Source: Welwitschia mirabilis (Eukaryota). From it: a DNA stretch of 36,863 nucleotides. The stretch's first letter is position 1, and the number at the start of each line of letters is the position of its first letter. The stretch covers positions 48,913,181 to 48,950,043 of the forward strand of contig JBOZIK010000001.1 in the NCBI GenBank assembly GCA_051453625.1, read 5' to 3'. Under the pieces are notes generated by a model. It saw only the letters and a list, made by a program, of their open reading frames with translations. It searched no databases and was not told where the DNA came from. Made by a program: the position numbers and the translations under genes. This document shows, piece by piece, positions 26,316 through 36,863 of this stretch.

Positions 26316-26776
26316 TTCATCATGTGTAGATAAGGGGAGTGATCTTGTATTGTATTTTGTATCTCATATTCTATATATTTTTGTACTGAAAAACTCTCTT
26401 TTGATATGATATGAACACTTTATTTTTTAAAATGGTGTATTCATTGTATTTGATTTTTTATGATTATCTTTTGATTTCTTATGATAAGGATTTATTTTAT
26501 TGTACTTGGAAAAATTTTCTTTTCATGACTACTTCAATCAGTGGGGGGTTTTTTATTATGTTTGACTGATTATCTATAAAAATAAAAATTTGTCATAGGT
26601 TCCAAATTTCAAAACTTTTTATGAGCCTGTCATCCCCTCCATTATCTGAACAACAACTCGGACAACCGACTGGTGAGCTTCTGGTAGGTGTCCGTTCAGT
26701 TTTCTTTGATTTTTTAAAGTTTAATTTATATCTTTGTAATTTTTGCAAATCTTTCTGATATAATTTCCGCAGGTAT

Positions 26777-26814
26777 CCTAGTTGTTTTATTATCACCCTA
26801 GTTGTTTTATTATC
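26777..26814 (+). repeat. 20-bp-period direct repeat (cctagttgttttattatc x2) upstream of the PPT
   Basis: visible directly. Confidence 0.85.
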
Positions 26815-26874
26815 TAATAAGTTGGCTTACAAATGTGGTTTATCACCTGGTTTTGTTAGGGAGTAACAAGGCTA

Positions 26875-27875
26875 TACTGCACTTCCAACTTACACATATT
26901 TAATAGGATATATCGAGTTGTTTTATAGGTAAATAGACATGTAAATGCTTGGTTTCCATGATAATGAAGAGTTAAGATAAGTTCTTGTAAACATTGAGGC
27001 TGATACAATAACTAAAGAATTATTAAAGACCACCTAATGTCTGAACGACTGTATGAATGACTCTGTCAATTGAATGCTTATTGAAGTTTATCTATAGCTA
27101 ATGTGGATTGATTATGAGTGGCATCATATTTTCTATCGTTTGAATGACTAGCTGGATGACACTCTTGTAATGTCTGTACTGAGCATTCACCTAACCTCTA
27201 CCACTTGTATCTTCCCTTTTTTTCTTGCACAGCCATTACAGTTTACCCTCTCCTTTCTATCTTTGTTATTGTATGTTTCATTCAATAAATATAAATCTCA
27301 TCCTCAACTTTTGCTGGTCTTCATTTTCATCTTAAATTCTTGTGACAGGAGATCGAAGGGCTAGAGATCCATCCTGTAGTTCCAGAGAGACGTTTCCTTG
27401 GTATTGGATGACATTTTTTCCATTAAGGTGTGGTTACTTTATGACACAGATGTGGGTCGATCATTAATACAAAACATTTTCTTTTATGCTTTTAATGTAT
27501 GATCATTTCTAACCCTCATAGCTTATGTTGCTTCTGATCTGGTGATAGTTTCTCTAGTGATATAGGTTATGAGGGTAACTATCAAGATTATGCTTGGTTA
27601 GTTTAGATTAAGTGCATTGTTGTTTTCTTTTCCTATATTATCTTTACATGAGTGTGTTTTATTTTACTTTCATGCATTGCAAGTTATTTTTGTAGATTAG
27701 GATGCAAGTATTTCTTTGTGAAAAGAAACTCTCTTATTTTCTACTTTGGCCTTAGATAGATTATGACATTCAGGTTACTCTCATCTAGATTAGTGTGTTG
27801 TGTTTATGTATTATTATTTGTGATTAACTGGATTTTACTTATGATGTAAATGTTGCATAAATATGCACCATAACA
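26875..27875 (+). repeat. 3' LTR of Athila-like element 1
   Basis: aligns to 14591-15656; preceded by purine-rich agggagtaacaagg; ends TAACA followed by the TSD. Confidence 0.9.
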
Positions 27876-27880
27876 CTTAG

Positions 27881-28900
27881 TAAATATACCTCTAACCAAA
27901 CCATGTTCTTTATTTTAATTTTTTAAGGATGGTTTTGCATTAGCCTTACTATTTGAAGACGAGGTATCACAAGAAAGATATTTATCATTAGTTGGACTTC
28001 CATAAATCATTCTTAATTAGTTCTCCTCTAAAATTTAAATTTCATTCTCTAAATGATTTTGGAATAACTAGATTAAATACTCTTTATACACTTTCTTTTA
28101 TATGTACTTCTTATAACTCTCAAAACCCATTAGTCTTTTAGTCATCTTTAATTTTCATTTATTCAACTTTTATAACTATGTAATCTAAGATTTATTCCAT
28201 GTAATTTCTCCATGCTAATTTGCTAATCTAATAACATTAAATGCATATGACATTTACATGTTCTTTCAAAGATCCAACTAGTAAGAATTTCATAAAATAT
28301 TCTTCAAAATTTTGCATCAATTAATATTCCAAAACTGGAGATTGTCATAGGATCTTGTTGAAAATATTTCCTTTCATACGCATGCTATCACTATGTCATC
28401 CTCTTGAAACTCCACATCTCTTTTATAATTTTGTGCTACATCTTTATCCTTGGATTTTGATGATTTCAAAGCTTTTTACATATATTTATAAAGCTCTGCA
28501 ATTCTCTTTTTATAATCCTTCACCATCACAAAAATTTTTGGTATATCATGCAACATATCTAGAATTCTTAAGTATCATATGCCAATTCAAATGGCAATTT
28601 TTAATTCTCTTATTTATCTAATTCGAATAACAAATTCTATATGTAATAAGAAATCTTTCCATCTATTTGACTTACTTTCATAAAGGCATCTTGACAGGCT
28701 TCCAAAATTGCGATTCACAATTTATGTGTATTCATCTATCTATAGACGATATGCTAAATAATACTAAAACTTTAGTATCAATCATGTATTAAAAATCCCT
28801 CTAATAATAAGAAACAAACCTGATATATTTATCTAAAACCATGGTTATTGGTAACCCAAGAAGATGAAAAATATCTATGGATAAAAGTGTAGTAATGTGT
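27881..28900 (-). mobile_element. highly decayed minus-strand copia pol relic, probably the continuation of 14080-14590
   Basis: Weak minus-strand motifs: RGIFTK (ADIFTK-like) at the TSD, WVLRVI, IDAKF, NWHMIL, SSWV. Heavily deleted. Confidence 0.4.
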
Positions 28901-29259
28901 AAATAATTATTTATCATCACATAAGGAATAAAGTGTGTCATGGAAGATGGTCAAGTTGGCAAGAAATCTAGAGATTTTGGAGAAATAACATTAGGATGAT
29001 GTACTTACATGCTTATGAGATGTCATAAAGTGGTTATAAAATCATTTAACATTGTAATTTAAAAATCACTTTAAACAAAATAGCATAACTTCATTTTGTT
29101 AGATTATGTTTTGCTAATTTATATCAAACTAATTTTTTTTGTGTAGCAAATTTTGTGTATCTTGTACCAAAGATGTTAATTACTTATAGGTCTAAAGATA
29201 AAGCCTAAACTATCAAATTATGAGCACTAAAAACCTATCAAGTTTATTTACCCTCTTGA

Positions 29260-29870
29260 GGGATCAACCAAACTTTCAAGGAATTGACCGCACCTAAAGG
29301 AAACACTCAAAAATTGAACTAAATTTAGAGGGGTTGACTAGAATTTTGATGGGGTTGATAGAATTGTAACCTTAAGAGCTAGTATCCCTGAACCGAATGA
29401 CAAGGGGTCGACCAGTCATTTATGAGATCAACTAGATTTGTAGACCTGGTAATAGTATCCCTAAACTGAATGACAAAGAGTCGACTACACCTATGATGGG
29501 GTTGATCAGATCTATGAACCTGTGAATAATACTCCTGAACCAATTATCAAGGGTCGATTGAACTATTCAAGGGGTCGACAAAACCTGAGCACTGTGTAGC
29601 TAATACTCCTAAGTTGATTGTCAGGGGGTCAACTAAACACCTAAAGGGGTCGACTGGACTTAATGCACGAAACTGGAAAGATCTTTATCATGACTAGCGG
29701 GTGACTGGATTTAACGGCGGGTGACTAGATTGAGGTCAATCGGACCTAAATGGAGTTGACTAGACATGGATCATAAGAAACTGAGATGATCAAAACTTTC
29801 ACTTGAGTGACCTATGTAAGTCACGGTACCATATGGGATGACTGAACTTTTGAGGGATTGACCGGACAGA
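29260..29870 (+). repeat. U3 tandem array, ~73-74 bp units carrying GGTCGACC-type palindromes
   Basis: unit anchors tagtatccct/taatactcct at 29380, 29453, 29527 and 29601; repeated ggggtcgac/ggggttgac. Confidence 0.85.
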
Positions 29871-30258
29871 ACGAAACTAAAATTTTCTATCTATTTTATA
29901 TCAGTTATGTATCTATTACATAGCTATTTTCAAGCTGTTTATAGCCATTGAAAGTGCATTTTCAAATGTAATAAACCCTAAAAGTCTTCTAATATAAATA
30001 GCCAAGAGATAGATGACTAAATAACCTTTTAGAACTAATGAACTAGTACTAAAATCTTGTAATATCCACTATTAAATCTTGGCATTTGTACTTTTAACCA
30101 AGGAACATCTATTGTCTATATTATCTCTATATTCAAGATTAGATCTAGTGCTTTATCTATTATACATCTATAAGAAAAGAGATCCATCAAATATACTATA
30201 TCAAGAATGAGTTATAAGTATGCATCTTAGCATCATTACATCACTATTCTACATTGTG

Positions 30259-30390
30259 AAAGGTTGAGACTAAGGCTTGAAAAGTCCATTCAAAGGTTGA
30301 AAATAAGCCTAGAAAAGTCTATTCAAAGGTTAAGACTAAACTTGGAAAAATCCATTTGTAAAGGTTACTGGTGAACCTAGAATACCTGGT
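30259..30390 (+). repeat. 33-bp tandem repeat, 3-4 copies, in the LTR downstream of the TATA box
   Basis: aaaggtt... units at 30259, 30292, 30325 and 30360. Confidence 0.85.
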
Positions 30391-30684
30391 GGAGTAACAA
30401 AGATCCAGATCAAGCTTGGTGATAAGCTGATCATTAAGAGTGGAGTAGGGGATTTCCCAAACTACTATAAATCCTGCATGCATCTTTTTAGTATTTTATG
30501 CTTTCAGTTAGTTCATTTCTTTAACTTCTATTAGATTTTATTTTCATGCACATTTTCAATTAGTAAATTATTTTGTGTAAGTCTTTGATATATAGTTAGT
30601 TTGTTTAAAACACTTTGTTTAAATATATTTTTAGAACCTATTTATCCCTCATCCTCTCCCTTTAGGGTTCTTGATCTTATCAAT

Positions 30685-30697
30685 TGATATTAGAGCC
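30685..30697 (+). other. primer-binding site, tRNA-iMet type, decayed
   Basis: TGATATTAGAGCC vs canonical TGGTATCAGAGCC (one G>A, one C>T). Confidence 0.85.
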
Positions 30698-30747
30698 AAT
30701 TTAAGTCTTCTTTAGATTTTAACTAATTTAGACTTTAAAACCCTATA

Positions 30748-32720
30748 ATGAGTAATCCATCTGATGGTTTTTCCACTAGTCATCCATCCATGTTTAATAG
30801 ATCAAACTATGCCTACTGGAAAGTCATAATGAGAATATTTCTTAGATCTTTAGATTCCGATATAAAAGAAGTTATTTATAAAGGTTATTATGTGCCTTTG
30901 TTAATAAAACTTGATGCCAACGGTAATACAATATTAGTTCCTAAATCCCAAGATCAATGGATCCCTCACTGACCAGACAAAAGCCACCACAGATGTCTAT
31001 TCTCTTATTGCAATATTTTGTGCAATCTGTGTAGATGAGTTTAAGTGTATTTTGAATTGTAATCATGCTAAAGAGGCTTGGGACATTCTTGAAGTAGCAC
31101 ACGAAGGAACCTCAACTGTAAAGCAAGTAAAACTTCAAATGCTTATTTGAAAATTTGAAGACATCCATATGAATGAAGAGAAAACATTGTAAAAATTCTT
31201 TGGAAGACTCACTGATATCATAAACTCTATGACAAGTCTTAGAGAATGCTTGGATAAAGGAAAGGGGGTGAGGAAGGTTTTGAGATTTCTATCAAAAAGA
31301 TTCAAACCAAAGAGCCATCGAGGAGAGTAAAAACATAAATGTAATGACACTAGAAGAACTACAAGGTAATTTACAAACCTATGAACTTAAATTTGTTAAA
31401 GATAAGAAGAAAGGTATGCTTTAAAATGTGTACAAGTAGATTACAAATCTAAAAGGTCAAATGAGGATTTGAATGATGATAAAGTAGCTCTTCTAACTAG
31501 AGGATTTAAGAAGTTTCTACATAAAAAAAAAAGGGAAGGAGAGTGAAGTAGAAACTCAAAAAGGAATCATTTGAAATACAGAAAAGAACAAAAAAAAAAT
31601 AAAGAAATCCAATTCTACTCATGTAAAGGATTTGATCATATGACAAATAAGTGTATTAACATAAGAAGAGATAATAGGAAAATTAAAAATCCCTCTTTTA
31701 TTGTAACATGGAATAATAAGGATGATAATGATGATAGCTATTTAGGTCAAGAGTCATACAGAGACAGAAGATTGTCTTTCATAGCATTTATGCCTTCCAT
31801 CAAAAACTTACCTAGAACGTCAAAAACTAATAACTTGAACATGGTCAATGAAGAAGAAAATGAGTTAGAGAATACATTTTAGTAGCTATGTAATGAATGT
31901 AAAAAGTTAGCTAAAAGGATAAATGATTTAAACAAAATAGTAAAGTCTCTCATCAAAGAAAAGAAAGAAATGGAAATGAAGTACAATGTGCTAAAATCTA
32001 ACAATACTAATATTTTATCACAGGTAAAAAATTAATACTTCTTTGTAAATAAATTTTCTAGTGGTTCTTATAAATTGGAATAGATGCTTGCAGTATAGAA
32101 ACCTACTAGAGATAGATCAAACTCACTAAAACTATGGGAATAGGTAAATAGAAAATGTAAGTATATTTTTAAAGTTTCGTGTAACTTGTATGGTAAAATT
32201 AGTCATTCAAAGCTATTTTGCAATATCAGAAAAGTAATTCTTTTCTTAGATTATATAAATTATTTACCATTTAAATTTATTCCTAAAAGAAGTACACGAA
32301 CTAAGTTTAACATAACTAAGTGAGTAAGAGCTAATAATTTTTAAAAGTTTTTTGACACAGATAGCTCTCAAAAAATCAAGTACAAATAGGTGGTACCTAG
32401 ACAATGGATGCTTAAGGCATATAACTGGAGAAAGATCAAATTTAACATCCAAGGAGTATTAATAAGGGAGATACCATTTTTGAAAATAATAAAAAAGAAA
32501 AGATAGAAGGTACAAGATGCATCAAAGGAGGTAAGTTACCTAACCTTGATGATGTGCCTTATGTGAATGGATTGAAACATAACTCATTGAGTATTAGTTA
32601 ATTCAATGAAAAAGGTCATAAAGTAATTTTTGAAAAATTAAAATGTAAAATTGTACATGTAAAAACAAATGTTATTATTCTTACTGAAAATCGAATAGAT
32701 AATATCTATAGAATAGATAC
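30748..32720 (+). pseudogene. Sirevirus gag (two decayed zinc knuckles) and protease, disrupted
   Basis: NYAYWK.MRIFL, AKEAWDILEVAHEGTSTVK, VRKVLRFL, SCKGFDHMTNKC, WYLDNGCLRHITG (~32390), YVNGLKHNSLSI. Confidence 0.9.
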
Positions 32721-33376
32721 TTATTTGATTAATCGGTTAAATTATACGAACTACAACATGGAAAATAGAAATATTAGCTTAAATTTTGATAAATATAAAT
32801 ATTTTCTAGAAAACTCTGAAGTAACATCCTATTTTTAGAACTTACATATTAATCACAAAAATGAATTGGAGGTTTACTCGCCATCCTCTAGCTGATTATA
32901 GGGTAGTTGGTTAGATTTATGATTGGTTGACTAGATGTGGTTAGTCGACTAGCCTAAAAGCTCGGTCACTCGAATGCTTTCTATAATGTAGACCCACATC
33001 TCAATAGGTCCATCAGAACCTTGACTAGTAAACCGAACTTGATAGATCATAGTGCGGAAGTACCATCAATGGACCTGATTTCTTTCTTCATTTTGCCTTA
33101 TTTTACCTTGTCTATAAAAGAAAGAGGCCCCTAAATTGATCTCTTTGTATTCTAAACTTCCCTATCTCTTAGATATAGAGTGTTTCCTTCGAGATTCATA
33201 GTTTTGCTCTTAGATCTAGTGTCTTTCATATTTCTTACTTCCAGGGTCTTAGAAATGGATGAAAGCTTACCAAGGAGGAGAGTTAAGGAAGATCCATTAA
33301 GAGATGTTGCCCTTTTCTATCATGAAATGTCTAAGGAATATGTTGACAAGATTTTAGAGAAGTTCAAAAGTAAGCT

Positions 33377-35043
33377 TATTGTGCTATCAATTTACGGTTA
33401 TTTGATGGTTTTATAAGTTATTTTGCAGGACTTTTATATAAGTTTAGGTGCAATTCTAAGGATTTTGGAGATACAAGGGGAAACCTCAAAAAAGTGTAAT
33501 TTTTATCCAAATTTAATGCATTAATGGAACTTTTTNNNNNNNNNNNNNNNNNNNNNNNNNNNNNNNNNNNNNNNNNNNNNNNNNNNNNNNNNNNNNNNNN
33601 NNNNNNNNNNNNNNNNNNNNNNNNNNNNNNNNNNNNNNNNNNNNNNNNNNNNNNNNNNNNNNNNNNNNNNNNNNNNNNNNNNNNNNNNNNNNNNNNNNNN
33701 NNNNNNNNNNNNNNNNNNNNNNNNNNNNNNNNNNNNNNNNNNNNNNNNNNNNNNNNNNNNNNNNNNNNNNNNNNNNNNNNNNNNNNNNNNNNNNNNNNNN
33801 NNNNNNNNNNNNNNNNNNNNNNNNNNNNNNNNNNNNNNNNNNNNNNNNNNNNNNNNNNNNNNNNNNNNNNNNNNNNNNNNNNNNNNNNNNNNNNNNNNNN
33901 NNNNNNNNNNNNNNNNNNNNNNNNNNNNNNNNNNNNNNNNNNNNNNNNNNNNNNNNNNNNNNNNNNNNNNNNNNNNNNNNNNNNNNNNNNNNNNNNNNNN
34001 NNNNNNNNNNNNNNNNNNNNNNNNNNNNNNNNNNNNNNNNNNNNNNNNNNNNNNNNNAATTCTAAGGATTTTGGAGATACAAGAAGAAATCTTGAAAAAG
34101 TGCAATTATTATCCAAATTTAATGCATTAATGATAATTTTTGATGAACAAAGATTTTATGATAAAAATGCTGAGTTTCTCTGCAAGAAAATCATTAAAAA
34201 ATATCGTCATCTCCTCCATTGTCCATATGACAGGAAGGACAATGAATACTTACATGGACTACTGAGTCATCACTTTCAAGATATTTTATGATGTACTTTC
34301 ATCCCTCATGTCATCCAAACAACAGCTCAAATAACACTGACATGTAACTATCACTAATAGATTCCCTCAGCCATTTCGTCCATTTCGGAGTCATTCATGA
34401 GTGTAATTAGCTGCACCTACTATCTATCCTTTTTTGTTGCATTTTTCTATAAATAAATCCTTCTTTGACTTTCCTTCTTATCTTTGATGCACCAAAGATT
34501 CTCATGATAGGAGAGTGAAGGATGGGAGAGCTATCTTGAGTGTTGCAGTAAGACGAGTACTTAGTGGAGGGCTGAGTATCTTCCATTAAGACCTTGCTGT
34601 TTTGTAACCTGGATATTGTTACTCTTTAATATAAATCTTGGTTTTATTTCATGTTTGTATGTTAGGTTATCTTATGTCCCTTATAGTCCAATGTTTCTCT
34701 TGATGTGGTAATAATTTCTTGGGTGATATAGATTATCAAGGGCAACCTTTGTTAAGGCTGAAAGCAAGTAGGATTAGGATCATTTTGCATTGCATATTAG
34801 TTTAGATTGCATCTTGCACTTTGCATGGTAGTTTATTTATTTGCATTATTCTTTATTATTTCTAGTACCTAAGATTATTTGCAAAAGTAACCTAAGTCTC
34901 TTTATGGATAGACTTCAAAGAGATATGATATTTTAGGTCACTCCCACTATATTAACATGTTTTATAATGCATAATATCTATTTTAATTATTAAAGATAAA
35001 ATATTCTTGAATGTAAAATTATGCATAAATACAAACCACAACA
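33377..35043 (+). repeat. 5' LTR of Athila-like element 2, interrupted by the 522-N gap
   Basis: starts TaTTGTG (decayed TGTTGTG), gttattttgcagg matches the element 1 LTR, ends CCACAACA. Confidence 0.75.
33536..34057. other. assembly gap (522 N)
   Basis: run of N. Confidence 1.
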
Positions 35044-35046
35044 AAT

Positions 35047-35064
35047 TGGTACTATTGTTGGGGA
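35047..35064 (+). other. primer-binding site, tRNA-Asp type, decayed
   Basis: TGGTACTATTGTTGGGGA vs TGGCGCCGTTGCCGGGGA; all six differences are C>T or G>A. Confidence 0.85.
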
Positions 35065-35826
35065 TGGCTACCGAAGAGTAAAAAGGTTATCATCATTCAA
35101 ATAAGTTTTCTAAATATTTTTCTATTTGGTGTTGTATTTTATTAGATCTATAGGTTTTTTGTGTGCTATGTTTTAGTTTCGTTTTCTTAGATTTTGGTTT
35201 TCTGTTAAAAATTATGGTTATCCCATATGTCGTCCCCATGATAGGTAGGATGAAAGCCTCTTATTTTTGTTTCTGGTTGTTTTTTTGAATTTTGATTTTT
35301 CTTTGTAATAAATTACTCTATCATCTCTTGTGATGTCTGGATGATGGAACAAATGATAAACCTTTTTTTATGTTTTTTGTTTTCCATTTTTGTTTTGAGT
35401 CTATCTCTGTTTTTTTGTTTTTCTATGTGCGTCATCTCTTCTGCCATCTAGATGACAGACAGGATGATGGTCTACTATTTTTTGATCTATTTTTTGTTGT
35501 TTTCTACTTATAGGATGCTATGATATGGTTAATCTAGAGAAGAAATATCTCAGAGAGAAGAAGCTGATAGAACAAAACCTTAAATAAGGACTAGTAAACA
35601 TAGAGTTGGAAGAACAATTTCTAGATGCACTCAATCCTCCTTTTGAATTTATTTTTTCTAAATTTGATATCCTTAATGAAAAACCTATAGAAGGATAGGA
35701 ATAACCTACAATATTGAGTGCTTCTCAAAAACAAAAACAACTAGTAGGGTTTTCTACCCCTAATGCCAACCTCACCCTTAGAGAATTATTAGCCAATAAA
35801 AATAGAGAAATTCAAACACCATTTGA

Positions 35827-35926
35827 NNNNNNNNNNNNNNNNNNNNNNNNNNNNNNNNNNNNNNNNNNNNNNNNNNNNNNNNNNNNNNNNNNNNNNNNNN
35901 NNNNNNNNNNNNNNNNNNNNNNNNNN
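35827..35926. other. assembly gap (100 N)
   Basis: run of N. Confidence 1.
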
Positions 35927-36351
35927 TTAGATTTTTTTTTTGCGATAAATTAGTTTCTGTTATCTCCTATGACATCTAAATGACCAGGTGGGAGAGAGAC
36001 ATTTTTTTGTATTTTCTTCTTTTTATTTTAGTTTCAGTTCTATTTTTGCTTTTTTATTTTTGTGTACGTTATCCCTTCTATTGTTCCCATGATAGACAGG
36101 ATGACGGTCTATTATTTTTTTATCTATTTTATATTGTTTTCTATTTGTAGGATGTTGTGATATGATTAACTTAGAGAAGAAATATCTTAGAGAAAAATAG
36201 CTGATAGAAAAGAATATCAAAGAAGGACTGGTGAACATAGAAAAAAAGTTAGAAGAACAATTTCTAGGTGCATTCAATCCTTGTTCTGAATTTATTTTTT
36301 CTAAATCTGATTTCCTTAACAAAAAACTTTAGAGGAAGAGAATCAAGTCAC

Positions 36352-36863
36352 AATGTCGAGTGCCTTCTATAAGCAAAAACAATTCCTAGGTTCTTCTACC
36401 CCTAATGCCAACCTGACCCTTATAGAATTATTAGCCAACAAGAAAAAATAAATTTAAACACTTTTTGACCTACCCCCAAGAGATGATGTAGAGCTCAAAA
36501 ATTTAATTCTTACCTAAATTTTAGTGGAGAAGATGATAAGGATCCCGTTCAACATATTGAAGACAATGAACAACTTATCCTCACCTCAAGAAATGGGAAG
36601 AAAAAAATAACAGACAGAATATATATGGTAATTTTTCCCATGACATCAAAGGATAGGGAAAAACTTTGGCTAAAAACTATATTCCACAAAAGCCTAAAGA
36701 CATGGGATCAGGTCTAGAAAACCTTTGTGAAAAGATTCATGAGTGAAAAAACTATAAGAAAAAGAAGAAAAAAGGTAACAAAATTCCAAAAAAAAAACAA
36801 CTGAAAATTATGCCTCTACTTATAAACATTTCTTTATAGCAGTCCACTCTAATCCAGTAGATA
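36352..36863 (+). pseudogene. Athila-like gag N-terminus, disrupted
   Basis: FSGEDDKDPVQHI, YMVIFPMTSKDREKLWL, SLKTWDQV..FVKRF; colinear with 16400-16860. Confidence 0.85.

Larger units (their letters stand above)
14591..27875 (+). mobile_element. full-length degenerate Ty3/gypsy Athila-like LTR retrotransposon with 5-bp TSD CTTAG
   Basis: Paired ~1 kb LTRs (outer ends TG...CA); CTTAG at 14586-14590 and 27876-27880; Asp-type PBS; gag-PR-RT-RH-INT order; env-like ORF before the 3' LTR; no chromodomain seen. Confidence 0.93.
28920..30682 (+). repeat. 5' LTR of the Sirevirus element (left boundary approximate)
   Basis: ends ...cttatCA two bases before the PBS; U3 repeats, TATA and U5 repeats in the expected order. 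Confidence 0.75.
28920..33376 (+). mobile_element. Sirevirus (SIRE, Ty1/copia) non-autonomous derivative: 5' LTR, PBS, gag, protease, then the start of a possible extra ORF; no INT/RT/RH
   Basis: LTR with palindromic repeated motifs, TATAAATA (~29993), C-rich cctatttatccctc..ccctttagg near the LTR end, Met-type PBS, gag starting MSNPSDGFSTSHPSMFNRSNYAYWK, WYLDNGCLRHITG protease. Confidence 0.85.
33377..36863 (+). mobile_element. second Athila-like Ty3/gypsy element (LTR, PBS, 5' UTR, gag start), related to element 1; possibly composite across the gaps; runs off the window
   Basis: LTR homologous to 14591-15656; gag NANLTLRELLANKNREIQTPF matches element 1 NANFTLRDLIANKKHKIQTPF. Confidence 0.85.

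Noticed and set aside
29260..30390. Regularly spaced repeats as a CRISPR-like array
   Set aside because: Degenerate tandem units without unique spacers, inside a plant LTR, with no cas genes
33418..34291. Long ORFs of 194-255 aa in the ORF track
   Set aside because: They are open only because they run through 522 N; the flanks are Athila LTR sequence

Overview
AT-rich, strongly CpG-depleted land-plant nuclear DNA, almost entirely a stack of decayed, nested retrotransposons, with four N-gaps. Left to right: (1) the 3' part of a Ty1/copia element (integrase-RT-RNase H, PPT, short 3' LTR; 1-~3198), apparently inside an intron, because two frame-compatible exon candidates of an unidentified + strand host gene follow (3304/3327-3367 and 3870-3939) next to the window's only non-TE CpG-rich island; (2) a decayed, internally deleted RTE/RTEX-type LINE (~4350-6420); (3) ~7.5 kb of unresolved AT-rich relic sequence; (4) a complete Athila-like Ty3/gypsy element (14591-27875) with both LTRs, a CTTAG target-site duplication, a tRNA-Asp PBS, gag-PR-RT-RH-INT and an env-like 3' ORF, probably inserted into an older minus-strand copia relic; (5) a Sirevirus (SIRE copia) derivative whose LTR is rich in palindromic repeats and which lacks INT-RT-RH; (6) a second Athila-like element inserted into it and running off the window end. 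I found no intact TE ORF, RNA gene or CRISPR, and no convincing new biological system. The best leads are the unannotated host-gene exons, the diverged duplications that flank three of the four gaps, and a possible intron ahead of the Athila env-like ORF. All alignments and identity figures were made by eye.
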